Of a DNA stretch of 64,000 nt, positions 28,550-38,932 are shown one piece after another (within the stretch, counting starts at the first letter, position 1; each line of letters starts with the position of its first letter). The DNA is from Acidobacteriota bacterium (GTDB lineage: Bacteria; Acidobacteriota; Blastocatellia; Pyrinomonadales; Pyrinomonadaceae). The position numbers were made by a program, and so were the translations under genes. Below the pieces are notes generated by a model. That model searched no databases and was not told the DNA's origin. It saw only the letters and a list, made by a program, of their open reading frames with translations. The stretch covers positions 33,134-97,133 of the forward strand of contig JAHBSL010000019.1 of assembly GCA_019639135.1 (NCBI GenBank), given 5' to 3'.

Positions 28550-29413
28550 ATGACATCCACTAAACTTGAAGATCTTGTTACTTTACCCGATCGGGCATCA
28601 ACGGCCGACCGGCCTTTCAGGATAGTTATATTAACGCATGGCGGCTGCGAGCATTTCATTGACGAGATCGCCCAGCAACCACAAATTGAGGTCGCCGGGG
28701 TGATCCTCGAAACCGTAATACAGCCGAGGCGGAATGCTTTTGAAAAGATCCGCCGTTCCGTAAGATACGACGGTTGGATTGGAACTTTGAGAAAAATGCC
28801 ATTTCTGAGAAGCAGGAGGGCAGATGCAGTAAATCCTGGAACTACATCAAAGAGTGTAGCTGATGCTGCTGAAAGGAATTCGATTCCCTATTTCACTGTT
28901 GATAATTTTCACAAAGATAGTTCAATAGAACTTCTCGATTCGTTTCAGGCTGATCTTGGGGTTATCTGGGGAACCAACATTGTAAAACGTTCGGTATTTG
29001 CCGCCCCAAGACTTGGTTCAGTAAACCTTCATCAAGGACACGCACCATATTATAGGGGCGGGCCGACTGTCTTTTGGGAATTGATGAACAACGAAAGCGA
29101 GATTGGGATCACGGTCCATTTCGTGGAGGATAAGGTTGACACAGGAGATATCGTTGCCCAAATGTTCATGCCGCTCGTTTATAACTGGAGTATCTACGGC
29201 ACTGGTTTCGAGCAGTTTCTGGATGAAATAAGAAGCGAACTGGTATCGCCGTCTGTGAAGCTGATGGTAAAGGCGGTCATCGCGATCGCGAACGGGTCAG
29301 CGGAACGCAAGAAGCAAAACACCTCACTCGGCAGGCGTTATCGGCTCCCTACCTACAAAGAAAAGGAGCTTTTACGAAAGCAATTGAAGCAGAGGTTTGC
29401 CGGCGCGAAATAG
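28550..29413 (+). CDS. formyltransferase family protein (Fmt/ArnA-N-like; candidate sugar N-formyltransferase)
   Basis: Formyl_trans_N signatures: SVNLHQGHAPYYRGGPTVFWELMNNE and VEDKVDTGDIVAQ. There is no tRNA-binding C-terminal domain of Fmt length. Confidence 0.7.
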   Translation: MTSTKLEDLVTLPDRASTADRPFRIVILTHGGCEHFIDEIAQQPQIEVAGVILETVIQPRRNAFEKIRRSVRYDGWIGTLRKMPFLRSRRADAVNPGTTSKSVADAAERNSIPYFTVDNFHKDSSIELLDSFQADLGVIWGTNIVKRSVFAAPRLGSVNLHQGHAPYYRGGPTVFWELMNNESEIGITVHFVEDKVDTGDIVAQMFMPLVYNWSIYGTGFEQFLDEIRSELVSPSVKLMVKAVIAIANGSAERKKQNTSLGRRYRLPTYKEKELLRKQLKQRFAGAK

Positions 29414-29467
29414 AGACATGAGATCGGCAAAGGTGTTTTCAACGTACACTGCCAAGATCTATCTGAG

Positions 29468-30478
29468 ATGTTCAAGAGAAAGATCCTATCGACGATGAAT
29501 CGGCTTAAGCTGTTCCGTTTGTTTGAGCAGCGGTCAAGACGACGACTTCGGGTATTGATGTATCATCGATTCTCCGAAGACGCACACCCGCTCCGAATAA
29601 GTTCGGCCGAATTCGAGCGACATCTAAAGTATCTCAAAACCAATGCCAGGGTGATCACTATAGACGAGGCGATCGATGGGCTGAAAGGCACCAGACCCTT
29701 ACCTGATTTTTCTACCGTGATCACGATCGACGACGGTTATCGTGATTCTTATGAGATCGCGTATCCCTTGCTAAAGAAATATGGATTGCCTGCGACGATG
29801 TATGCCGTTTCGTCGTTTCTCGAAGGCAAGATCTGGCTTTGGACCGACAAGACGCGCTTTATTCTGGAGCAGACGACTCTGGATCGTTACGAGACTTTCA
29901 TCGTCGGAAAAAAAATTTCTGCCCGCCTATCTGATCATGCATCACGGCTAAACGCTGCCGCGGCGTTGAATGATACACTGAAGCGAATGCGAAATGACGA
30001 CAAGGAGAAGGCACTGGAAAAGATCGCCAATGACCTTTCTGTCGCTGTCCCGGAAAGGCCGCCGGCCGAGTATTCCGGATTCTCTTCCCGGGAAGCTTCA
30101 GAGATGGCCGAAAACGGAATAACCATCGGTTCGCACACCGTTTCACATCCGCTTATGGATAAGATAAATGCCAGCGAACAGGAGAAAGAGGCAATAGACT
30201 CAAGGCGTCGGCTTGAAGAACTGATCGGCCGCGATGTTTGGCATTTCTGCTACCCGAACGGTTCGTTCGACAGAGGTGCGCGAACGGCGGTAGAGAAGGC
30301 CGGCTATCGCTCCGCTGTTTCTTCCGATTTCGGTCAGTGTATGCCGGGCGACGAGATCGATATCCTCCGGCGGATACCGGCAGAAGCTGATACACTGGCT
30401 TTTTTGCAAAACTTCACGGGTTTAGAAGAGTTCAAACGTTCCATCCGTTCAAGGTATCGGACCCGCTCGGCTTTGTAG
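29468..30478 (+). CDS. polysaccharide deacetylase (NodB homology / CE4) family protein
   Basis: VLMYHRF, ITIDDGYRDSYEIAYPLLKKYGLPATMY, IGSHTVSHPLM, FCYPNGSF. Confidence 0.8.
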   Translation: MFKRKILSTMNRLKLFRLFEQRSRRRLRVLMYHRFSEDAHPLRISSAEFERHLKYLKTNARVITIDEAIDGLKGTRPLPDFSTVITIDDGYRDSYEIAYPLLKKYGLPATMYAVSSFLEGKIWLWTDKTRFILEQTTLDRYETFIVGKKISARLSDHASRLNAAAALNDTLKRMRNDDKEKALEKIANDLSVAVPERPPAEYSGFSSREASEMAENGITIGSHTVSHPLMDKINASEQEKEAIDSRRRLEELIGRDVWHFCYPNGSFDRGARTAVEKAGYRSAVSSDFGQCMPGDEIDILRRIPAEADTLAFLQNFTGLEEFKRSIRSRYRTRSAL

Positions 30479-30509
30479 CTCCGCAAAATCGAACCATATT
30501 GGAATTATT

Positions 30510-31229
30510 TTGATATCCGCAGTATTCTCTGTCGTGCCCGGCGAAAACAAAAATAACTATCTTGAGTATCTCGCTACAGAGGTCGCCTTGTATGACGAGC
30601 GATCCGGGACACCGACAAACCCATTTCAGCAAGACCTCGACGGGTTTTCGCCGAGTCGTATACTCGATCTCGGATGCGGTGCCGGTCAGGAGCTACTTGT
30701 GTTCGCTAATCACCACTGCACTCTAAAGGTCGGTGCAGACATACAATTTGAGGCAGGCGAGGTGTTTAAAAGGATACACCCAGGTACAGAAAATGATCGT
30801 ACCGTCTTTATCAATTCCGCAGGCGAAGAACTGCCATTCGGAGGGGAGAGTTTTGACCTGATCATATGTCGTGTTGCTCTTCCGTATATGAACTCTGCAA
30901 AGGCACTTAATGAGATCTCACGCGTGCTCGCCCCCGAAGGCCGTGTCCTTCTGACCGTCCACACCCCACGCTTCTATTTCCTGATGATCCGCAGGCGTTT
31001 ATCCGATCTTTCGATCAAAAGTCTCGCCTATCCGGTCATTTGCTTTGCCGGCGGTCTTTGGTTTCTCATCACGGGAAAGCAGCCTACCGGGAACTTTTGG
31101 CGAGGTAAGGAGACCTTTCACACAAGGGTGATGCTGGAACGCCAGCTTCGCGAAACCGGACTTCGCATTCTCTCAGACAGTGCCGGTGAAGGTAACGGCG
31201 GACACACTTATTTGATCGGCAAAAACTGA
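30510..31229 (+). CDS. class I SAM-dependent methyltransferase
   Basis: Motif I ILDLGCGAGQELLVF. Methyltransf_11-like FDLIICRVALPYM...LAPEGRVLLTV. The start is non-ATG (TTG 30510 or GTG 30534). Confidence 0.7.
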   Translation: MISAVFSVVPGENKNNYLEYLATEVALYDERSGTPTNPFQQDLDGFSPSRILDLGCGAGQELLVFANHHCTLKVGADIQFEAGEVFKRIHPGTENDRTVFINSAGEELPFGGESFDLIICRVALPYMNSAKALNEISRVLAPEGRVLLTVHTPRFYFLMIRRRLSDLSIKSLAYPVICFAGGLWFLITGKQPTGNFWRGKETFHTRVMLERQLRETGLRILSDSAGEGNGGHTYLIGKN

Positions 31230-31232
31230 ACG

Positions 31233-32384
31233 ATGTCGAGATTCGTTACAAGACTATTGAACAGTGCGCCGTGGCTGGCGAAGTACCCGATTTCGAGGTC
31301 GCGGGCACTCATTGAAAATGACCCTGCAACTCCTAAACACTTGATATTTTGCATAGCTAATCACTTTGAGCCTTCATGGAAAGGGGCGGAGATGTACGAC
31401 ATTGATGCACAAAAGCGACGGCTTGAAGAATGGTGCGGTCTGGCAGAGAAGATCGGAAATGTTGTGGTGGATTCGGACGGCACCAAGTTTCGCCACACGA
31501 ACTTTTATCCGGCCGAGCAATACGAACCTGAGATCCTGAATACTCTCGCCGACCTTCAGAACAAAGGTCTGGGTGAGGTTGAGGTGCACCTTCATCACGG
31601 TGTTGGATCGCCCGACAACGCGGAAAGCCTTCGGCGTCAACTCGTCGAGTTTCGGGACCGCCTCGCAGAGGACCATAAATGCCTTTCAAGAGTGAACGGC
31701 GAGGGGCAACCGATGTATGCCTTTGTTCACGGAAATTGGGCATTGGGCAATTCGGCAAACGGCCAATACTGCGGCGTCGATAATGAACTGGAGATATTGG
31801 AAGAAACGGGCTGCTACATTGATATGACGTTGCCATCGGCACCCGACGTTAGCCAGGTACCGGTTCTCAATTCGATCTATGAATGCGGAATGCCACACGC
31901 TGAACGAGCTCCACACCGCCGCGAGAAAAGGCTCAGAGTTGGCGGGGACACTCCTCGACTCCCGGTGCTGATAACGGGGCCATTGCTATTTGACTGGTCA
32001 AACCGGCAAGCCTCGCTTCCTTTACCGAAACTGGAGAACGGCGAGTTGGCGCATTTTCGCAAGACGGATCTCCGGCGGCTAAAGCTTTGGACCAGCGCAA
32101 ATGTGACTGTAAAGGGCAGACCAGACTGGAATTTCATCAAGCTGCATTGTCATGGCTTTTTCGACGAGGATCAGTCCGCTTGTATCGGCGAGAACGCAAT
32201 TCGTGCCTTTTCTGAGATAGTTGAACATGGTGAACGGACGGATCAATACAAGGTCCATTTTGCAAGTGCCCGAGAAGTGTTCAATATGATCATTGCAGCC
32301 GTAGATGGTAAAACTGGCTCACCGGGCGAGTATCGAAATCATAAGTTAACTCCGATAATGAGCCAGGCAAGAGGCCTTCTGTGA
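31233..32384 (+). CDS. conserved hypothetical protein, function unknown (His-rich blocks; possibly a divergent sugar hydrolase/deacetylase-type fold)
   Basis: 383-aa ORF in an operon context with tight spacing and no TM or signal peptide. Blocks IANHFEPSW, VEVHLHHG and AFVHGNWALGNS suggest metal-binding residues. No family was recognised with confidence. Confidence 0.6.
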   Translation: MSRFVTRLLNSAPWLAKYPISRSRALIENDPATPKHLIFCIANHFEPSWKGAEMYDIDAQKRRLEEWCGLAEKIGNVVVDSDGTKFRHTNFYPAEQYEPEILNTLADLQNKGLGEVEVHLHHGVGSPDNAESLRRQLVEFRDRLAEDHKCLSRVNGEGQPMYAFVHGNWALGNSANGQYCGVDNELEILEETGCYIDMTLPSAPDVSQVPVLNSIYECGMPHAERAPHRREKRLRVGGDTPRLPVLITGPLLFDWSNRQASLPLPKLENGELAHFRKTDLRRLKLWTSANVTVKGRPDWNFIKLHCHGFFDEDQSACIGENAIRAFSEIVEHGERTDQYKVHFASAREVFNMIIAAVDGKTGSPGEYRNHKLTPIMSQARGLL

Positions 32385-32415
32385 ACAGATAAACGAAACC
32401 TCAGCAAGCAAAGGC

Positions 32416-34278
32416 ATGTGTGGAATTGCAGGATATGTCGGAGAGCAAGCTCCGGACAAACGGCTGGCGGCTGTTGTCCGTATGACAGATGCGCTCGAAC
32501 GCCGCGGTCCGGATGATGAAGGGATCGAGCATTGGCCGAAGGCCGTCCTCGGCCATAGAAGACTCTCTATCTTTGACCTCTCGGCGTCCGGACACCAACC
32601 GATGAGATCGGATGCCGGTGATGTAGGGATCGTCTTCAACGGTGCGATCTACAATTTCAAACAATTGAGATCGGAACTCCAGACCAAAGATCACAAGTTT
32701 CGCAGCGAGACCGACACCGAGGTGCTTGTAAAAGGCTATCTTGAATGGGGAATCGATAAACTCGCCGAGAAGATCGACGGGATGTTCGCGTTCGCCATTT
32801 GGGACGATCGGAGTGAACGCCTTTTCCTTGTCCGGGATCGGCTGGGCGTCAAGCCGCTGGTTTTTCGTACACACGGTAGTTCGATAGCATTTGCATCTAC
32901 CGTTCGTGCCGTTAGTTCGGGCCTGCGTCCTTCTGGCCTCTCAACGGAAGGGCTTTTGGAGTTCCTCGAGTTTGGGTTTCTTTCGGATGACAAAGCGATC
33001 TATAGCGGATTTGAAAAGCTTCGGGCAGGCGAAATTCTTGAGTGGTCAGAGGGCATCATAAAACGTCGTCAATATTGGACGCCGCAGCTCCGAGGGCCTT
33101 ATGAACGCATTTCTTTTCCGGAGGCCTGCAAAGAAACCGAGCGGCTGTTTCTGCAGGCAGTTGAAAAACGGCTCCAAGCCGATGTACCTGTAGCCGCACT
33201 GCTTAGCGGGGGCATCGATTCAAGTCTTGTGTGCTGGGCGATCGCCGAACTCGGAGCGGAGATTTCGGCCTACACGGTAGGCACGCCCGAAGACGCACAC
33301 GACGAATCCGCTGCTGCCCGGGAAACAGCTTCACGCTTGGGTATAAATCTGACGGTTCTATCTCTTGCAGGCGACCGACTTCCACAGGTCGAACAGCTTG
33401 CACAAGCATTCTCCGAGCCCTTTGCGTGTTCTTCGGCACTTGGAATGCTCTCGATCTCCAAGCTCGTCGCGTCAAACGCGAAGGTCCTGCTCACCGGCGA
33501 TGGGGGTGATGACGTCTTTTTCGGTTATCCAGAGCATCGTCACTTCTATCTGGCGTCTAGAATCTCACAGTTGACGGGAAATCCAGGTGTTAGGTCGCTT
33601 AAGTTTCTCGCCGACCGTCTTCCGAATAGTGGTGCACTGAAACGACTACGCTCATTTTGCTACTACGCTTCAGGCGGCCTCAAAGCCGTCAATAAGATTC
33701 GCGATGGTCTGCCATTCTATCACCGAAATCGCCTTCTAGGCCCGTACATTACCGAAAGCCATAGGATTCCGCATCGGAATACCCTGCTCTCGAACTCGGG
33801 CTATGATCTGTTTGACGAGTTCCTCGCTTACGACCTGCGGACCCGTTTTGTCGGCGAGTATCTCCCGAAGGTTGACGGTGCAACAATGTTCCACGGTCTT
33901 GAGGCGAGGTCGCCGTTTCTCGATTCAGGGCTTTGGGAGTACGTAACTCGCATTCCTCCGAACATCCGGCTGCGGCGGGGCACTCTAAAAGCGATACTGC
34001 GAGAGATAGCAAGAAATCGGATCGGACCCAAGGTGGCAGCGAGACGTAAACAGGGCTTCATGGTGCCGGCACAGCGTTGGCTGACTCAAGAGTGGCGGGG
34101 CGATTTCATTGACTCCGTTTTTGACGGGCATCTGGCCGCTGCAGGGATCATCGATGCAAAAGCCGTAAGACGGCAATTCGAGTCTTACAAGCCCGGTTCG
34201 GCAGCACCGAGGCAGTTTTGGTATCTGTACGTTCTCGAACTTTGGATGCGTCACGAGGCAAAGCGGACTAACATATGA
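32416..34278 (+). CDS. asparagine synthetase (glutamine-hydrolysing) family amidotransferase, paralogue 2
   Basis: Starts MCGIAGY. RRGPDD, LGHRRLSIFDL, NGAIYNF, PP-loop LLSGGIDSSLVC. 620 aa. Confidence 0.9.
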   Translation: MCGIAGYVGEQAPDKRLAAVVRMTDALERRGPDDEGIEHWPKAVLGHRRLSIFDLSASGHQPMRSDAGDVGIVFNGAIYNFKQLRSELQTKDHKFRSETDTEVLVKGYLEWGIDKLAEKIDGMFAFAIWDDRSERLFLVRDRLGVKPLVFRTHGSSIAFASTVRAVSSGLRPSGLSTEGLLEFLEFGFLSDDKAIYSGFEKLRAGEILEWSEGIIKRRQYWTPQLRGPYERISFPEACKETERLFLQAVEKRLQADVPVAALLSGGIDSSLVCWAIAELGAEISAYTVGTPEDAHDESAAARETASRLGINLTVLSLAGDRLPQVEQLAQAFSEPFACSSALGMLSISKLVASNAKVLLTGDGGDDVFFGYPEHRHFYLASRISQLTGNPGVRSLKFLADRLPNSGALKRLRSFCYYASGGLKAVNKIRDGLPFYHRNRLLGPYITESHRIPHRNTLLSNSGYDLFDEFLAYDLRTRFVGEYLPKVDGATMFHGLEARSPFLDSGLWEYVTRIPPNIRLRRGTLKAILREIARNRIGPKVAARRKQGFMVPAQRWLTQEWRGDFIDSVFDGHLAAAGIIDAKAVRRQFESYKPGSAAPRQFWYLYVLELWMRHEAKRTNI

Positions 34279-35420
34279 AAGGGGGACGCATACTTCAGTT
34301 GATCGGAAGTTTTGAGGTCGGCGGTTCGGAGATTCAGGCTGTAAAGCTGACAAACCGTCTCGTCCGAGAAGGAACTTTCGAGGTGCGTGCCGCATGCCTC
34401 GATACGAGTGGACCGTTGATAGACCGCCTCGGCGAAGTTGGCAACATTCAGAAATATCCGCTGAACAGCTTTTATGATCGTAACTTCCTCAGGCAAGTTG
34501 GGCGATTATCTGACTTCATTCGTACGGAGAGGATCGATCTGGTCCAAACTCACGATTTTTATACCAATATCTTCGGTATGGCAGGGGCTCGATTGGCACG
34601 AGTGACGGGCGTTGCGTCGAAACGTGAGACTTACAGCAAGACTCGAAAACAGCTTTTCGTGGAAAAGCAGGCATTCCGATTAGCTAAGAAGATAATAGTG
34701 AACTCTGAGGCTATACGGGAGTTCCTCATTGCAGCGGGCGTCACCGAATCTAAGATCGTTACTGTCTATAATGGCCTTGACCCTGAGTGTTTTGTTGAAA
34801 GGCCGAACGGCGACCGTTCCGAGGCGTTGGCTGGAGTCGCACTCAACGTTCGACCCGATGCGAAGCTAGTAACGATTGTCGCCAATATGCGGAGCGATGT
34901 GAAGAACCACGAGCTTTTTCTACGCTCCGCGAAGCGAGTTGGAGCAAACAATGAGAAAGCGATATTCCTTATCGTCGGCGAGGGAGAGCTCCAGGGTCGC
35001 TATGAACAGATGGCACACGAACTTGGAATCGCCGATAAGTGCAGATTTCTTGGCCCAAGGTCTGATGTTGGGAAGTTGCTCTCCGTATCAGACGTTGGCG
35101 TACTATGCTCCCGTTCGGAAGGATTTTCAAACGCGATCCTCGAATATATGGCCGCGGGGCTGCCGGTTGTCGCGACAGATGTTGGCGGTGCCCGCGAAGC
35201 CGTACAAGACGGCAAAACTGGTTTTGTCATACCGCCAAACGACGAACCGGCTCTTACCTCGGCCATCTCTTTACTCTTGGATGACAATGACCTTGCGGTC
35301 AAGATGGGTTCGGCAGGACAGGCTGTCGCTAAAGAACGATTCTCCGAGACTGCTCAACTAGAGGCCGTGATGTCGCTATACGCGAAGCTACTAGATAATT
35401 CGCACCAATTGAATTCGTAA
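34275..35420 (+). CDS. glycosyltransferase family 4 (GT-B, retaining type)
   Basis: MKGGRILQLIGSFEVGGSE and an ExxxxxxE-type block: SEGFSNAILEYMAAGLPVVATDVGGAREAV. ATGA overlap with the upstream AsnB gene. Confidence 0.85.
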   Translation: MKGGRILQLIGSFEVGGSEIQAVKLTNRLVREGTFEVRAACLDTSGPLIDRLGEVGNIQKYPLNSFYDRNFLRQVGRLSDFIRTERIDLVQTHDFYTNIFGMAGARLARVTGVASKRETYSKTRKQLFVEKQAFRLAKKIIVNSEAIREFLIAAGVTESKIVTVYNGLDPECFVERPNGDRSEALAGVALNVRPDAKLVTIVANMRSDVKNHELFLRSAKRVGANNEKAIFLIVGEGELQGRYEQMAHELGIADKCRFLGPRSDVGKLLSVSDVGVLCSRSEGFSNAILEYMAAGLPVVATDVGGAREAVQDGKTGFVIPPNDEPALTSAISLLLDDNDLAVKMGSAGQAVAKERFSETAQLEAVMSLYAKLLDNSHQLNS

Positions 35421-35436
35421 ACCGGATAACTCGCCA

Positions 35437-36525
35437 TTGAATAACGTACCCATAAAGTCCAGGCCCATCAGAGTGCTCCTCGTTGCGCCGGCGCTACCGA
35501 TCGTCGGCGGGCAATCGGTTCAGGCCGATAGGTTAATGCGGCGACTTTCCGAAGTTCCGGGGATCGAGGTCGAGTTGCAGCCGATCAATCCACAGTTTCT
35601 TCCAAAGTTCCAGAGGATCAAATATCTGAGAACGCTTCTGACGATTCCCAAATACATCATGGACCTGCTGGTCCGCGTTCCCTCATTCGACGTTACCCAC
35701 ATTTTCTCGGCGTCCTACACTTCGTTCGTCATCAGCCCGACACCCGCATTGGCAGTATCGAAACTGTACCGAAAGCCGACGATCTTGAACTACCGAAGCG
35801 GTGAGGCGGAAGATCATTTGCGACGATGGCGTTCGGCGGTTCCTACTATTCGCAGGTTTGACCGAATAGTTGTTCCTTCAAGATATCTGGTAGATGTATT
35901 TAGCATGTTTGGGATTTCGGCAGAGGCGATCTTCAATTTCGTCGAAACTGAACGATTCAGGTTTCGGAAAAGAGAACCCCTCAGACCTGTATTCCTTACG
36001 AATCGTAACTTCGAAGCCCACTATAATGTTGCTTGCGCACTGCGATCGTTCAAAGGTATCCAGGCGGCCATCGCAGAAGCCAGACTTATAGTCGTTGGCG
36101 ACGGGCCCGAGCGAACATCTCTCCATGAACTCGCGGGAAGCCTCGGCTTGAAAGGGATCGACTTTCGCGGTTCTGTTCGGCCGGAGCAGATGCCCGCCGT
36201 TTATGACGAGGCGGATGTTTATCTCAATGCCTCAAGCATCGACAATATGCCGAATTCGATCATTGAGGCGTTTTCGGCGGGGCTTCCGGTTGTTTCTACA
36301 AATGCGGGTGGCATTCCCTATATCGTCGAACACGAGTGTACGGGTCTGCTCTCAGAGATCGATGATGACGAAGGACTTGCACGTAACGCGATCAGGCTTT
36401 TTGATGAGCCTTCGCTTGCCGGACAACTCATTACCGAAGCCCGAAACGAAGTTGAACGCTACACCTGGGAAAAGGTCTCCGATCAATGGATCGAGCTGTA
36501 CAGGTCGTTAGCAGCGTCAAGATGA
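35437..36525 (+). CDS. glycosyltransferase family 4
   Basis: IRVLLVAPALPIVGGQS, SIDNMPNSIIEAFSAGLPVVSTNAGGIPYIVE. TTG start. Confidence 0.8.
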   Translation: MNNVPIKSRPIRVLLVAPALPIVGGQSVQADRLMRRLSEVPGIEVELQPINPQFLPKFQRIKYLRTLLTIPKYIMDLLVRVPSFDVTHIFSASYTSFVISPTPALAVSKLYRKPTILNYRSGEAEDHLRRWRSAVPTIRRFDRIVVPSRYLVDVFSMFGISAEAIFNFVETERFRFRKREPLRPVFLTNRNFEAHYNVACALRSFKGIQAAIAEARLIVVGDGPERTSLHELAGSLGLKGIDFRGSVRPEQMPAVYDEADVYLNASSIDNMPNSIIEAFSAGLPVVSTNAGGIPYIVEHECTGLLSEIDDDEGLARNAIRLFDEPSLAGQLITEARNEVERYTWEKVSDQWIELYRSLAASR

Positions 36526-38516
36526 TCAGATACTTGCAAAAGCTTAAAGGCAGAAGCCTAAAAGAACTGCGCAAGCGCTCGGGCAGCGCAATTTACGCCG
36601 CGGCTGAGGCCGCCGGGTTCGATGTCGTGACCGGGGAATTACCAAATGATCTCAATATTCGCAAAGATGCCCTGAAGTTCCTCGTGCCTTCGGCTGGTGA
36701 TAGTTCTTTAGAAGGAGCCTCCCGTATTGCGGGGAAACTAGAATCGGAAACGATAATCCGCACAGCCGATCGTATTCTCAATGGCAGGTTTGACCTTCTT
36801 GGTTATGAAGCTCTCGATTTCGGTACACCGGTTCCGGATTGGCACTTTGACCCCGTTTCGGGCCGGCGGTCACCCCTCGTGCATTGGACGCGGATCGATG
36901 AGATCGATGCCGGATCGACCGGGGATAAGAAGGTCATCTGGGAATTGAACCGGCATCAATATTTCGTGACACTTTCACAGGCATATTTGTTGACCAAAGA
37001 ACAGAGGTACGTCGATGCTGTTGCAAGCCATTTCGATTCGTGGTGCTCGGAGAACCCGCCAAAAAAGGGAGTAAACTGGCTTTCAAGCCTTGAGCTTGCC
37101 TATCGCTCGATCGCGTGGATTCAAACATTCGGTTTGCTTCAAGGAACGGAAGTCTTTACCGGTGAGCGGCGCGAAAGGCTTCTGAAACTTCTATTCGTTC
37201 AGGCACGGCACATTGAACGCTTTCTCTCGACCTATTTTGCTCCGAATACGCACCTGACTGGAGAGGCCCTTGGACTTTATTACATCGGGACACTCCTCGA
37301 CACAGGGGGCCATTCTAAGCGGTGGCGGGAACTCGGTTTCAAGATCCTCTGCGATCATATCTTCAACCACGTCCGAGACGATGGCTCTTATGCCGAACAA
37401 GCGAGCCATTACGCCCGTTACACTGCGGACCTCTATTCCGATCTTGTTCTTATCAGACGTCGCGAGGGATTAACGGTCCCGGATGCTATGATCGAGCGCC
37501 TTCGAAGACTCCAGATTTATCTTGAGGCGCTGATCCGGCCGGATGGTTCGTTCATCATCTTCGGCGATGACGACGGCGGCCGTTACTTCGCTGCCGACCC
37601 TCACTCCATCAGAGAGATCGGCACTACCATTGCTCGGCTTTCGATCGTCACTGGTAAGCCGCCGTCCTCGGGTCTGATCAACCGTGAGCATGTTGCCAGA
37701 TCACTTAAGTGGACAGTCTCGGAGTCCGAACTCGATTCTTTTCACCGGTCTCAAGAATCAACGCCGACCGTGTTCCACAATTCGTTCCCGGATGGAGGGG
37801 TTTTCTCAATACGATCAACTACGGGTACCGATTCCGACCATTTAATCTTCCACGCGGGTCCGCACGGCTTTCTAAATTGCGGACATGCCCACGCGGACGC
37901 ACTTTCATTTGAACTTTGTGTGATGGGATGTCAATTCTTCGCAGACCCCGGAACTTACGTTTATACGGCTGACCCCGAGCTGCGAAATCTTTTCCGTTCA
38001 TCTGAGTATCATAGTTCCCTGCTCGTTAATGGCGAGTCAACTTCGGTACCGGCCGGGCCATTCTCCTGGAAGTCGGCTGCAAATACGCGTTTGCTCCGGT
38101 CGGAGTCCTCGGGAGGCCGAATTGTTGTATCCGCCGAAACGGATGGATTCGAGCGGCTGGGAGTAACATTTCGTCGAACCGTGAAGTTCGAAGCCGGCAG
38201 CCAATTATCGATCGTCGACGACGTCACTGCTCGGTCAACCAAAAGATTTGATTTTCGATTCGTCCTCGCTCCGGATGTTGAACCGAAGTTAATGGGAAAT
38301 TCAATTACCTTGCGTACCGGTGCAATGGAACGTACTCTCGAAGTTAGATGTCAATGGGATATCGAGGGCGAAGACGTGTTGGAAGAACCTGTCTCGGCGA
38401 TCAAAGATACACACTTTTCGCCGATCTATGGTAAGTTGATGGCTACAAAGACCCTGAGCATTGAACTCAGAGCAGAAGGTCGCTTTCAATTGCGGACGAC
38501 ATTCAGTTGGGCCTAG
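36522..38516 (+). CDS. heparinase II/III-like (polysaccharide lyase-fold) protein
   Basis: DWHFDPVSGRRSP, VIWELNRHQYF, WLSSLELAYRSIAWI, HLTGEALGL, and C-terminal GHAHADALSFEL, which is characteristic of the Hepar_II_III family. There is no signal peptide. ATG 36522 gives an ATGA overlap with the upstream stop. Confidence 0.75.
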   Translation: MIRYLQKLKGRSLKELRKRSGSAIYAAAEAAGFDVVTGELPNDLNIRKDALKFLVPSAGDSSLEGASRIAGKLESETIIRTADRILNGRFDLLGYEALDFGTPVPDWHFDPVSGRRSPLVHWTRIDEIDAGSTGDKKVIWELNRHQYFVTLSQAYLLTKEQRYVDAVASHFDSWCSENPPKKGVNWLSSLELAYRSIAWIQTFGLLQGTEVFTGERRERLLKLLFVQARHIERFLSTYFAPNTHLTGEALGLYYIGTLLDTGGHSKRWRELGFKILCDHIFNHVRDDGSYAEQASHYARYTADLYSDLVLIRRREGLTVPDAMIERLRRLQIYLEALIRPDGSFIIFGDDDGGRYFAADPHSIREIGTTIARLSIVTGKPPSSGLINREHVARSLKWTVSESELDSFHRSQESTPTVFHNSFPDGGVFSIRSTTGTDSDHLIFHAGPHGFLNCGHAHADALSFELCVMGCQFFADPGTYVYTADPELRNLFRSSEYHSSLLVNGESTSVPAGPFSWKSAANTRLLRSESSGGRIVVSAETDGFERLGVTFRRTVKFEAGSQLSIVDDVTARSTKRFDFRFVLAPDVEPKLMGNSITLRTGAMERTLEVRCQWDIEGEDVLEEPVSAIKDTHFSPIYGKLMATKTLSIELRAEGRFQLRTTFSWA

Positions 38517-38535
38517 ATCCGCAAGTTTAGCATTT

Positions 38536-38907
38536 ATGGTACTCGTCAGTGACGACAATTCCCCTATCTACGATAAACGGCCTTGGGGTTCGTTTACGGT
38601 TTTAGATGAAGGTTCGGGCTATAAGGTCAAACGTATCGAGGTACTTCCGGGTAAGCGGCTGAGTTACCAAAAGCATTCACAGCGATCGGAGCATTGGTTC
38701 GTCGTGGCGGGTACCGCGAAAGTCACTTTGAATGGAAACGACCGGATTGTCGTCGCGGGTGAAGCCATCGATATCGCGGTTGGTACGGCTCACCGTGTCG
38801 AAAACCCCGGTTACGACCAACTCGTCTTCATTGAGGTGCAACAGGGCCCGTATTTAGGCGAGGATGACATTGTTCGGCTGGAGGACGACTTCGGGCGAGC
38901 CGCTTAG
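38536..38907 (+). CDS. cupin, mannose-6-phosphate isomerase type II C-terminal domain-like
   Basis: RPWGSFTVLDEGSGYKVKRIEVLPGKRLSYQKHSQRSEHWFVVAGTAKV...GTAHRVENPG matches the ManC/AlgA C-terminal cupin pattern (RPWG, S.Q.H..R.EHW). ATG 38536 is preferred over the overlapping track start at 38461. Confidence 0.75.
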   Translation: MVLVSDDNSPIYDKRPWGSFTVLDEGSGYKVKRIEVLPGKRLSYQKHSQRSEHWFVVAGTAKVTLNGNDRIVVAGEAIDIAVGTAHRVENPGYDQLVFIEVQQGPYLGEDDIVRLEDDFGRAA

Positions 38908-38932
38908 GCTGCTCAACCTTTAGGATTTTCCC

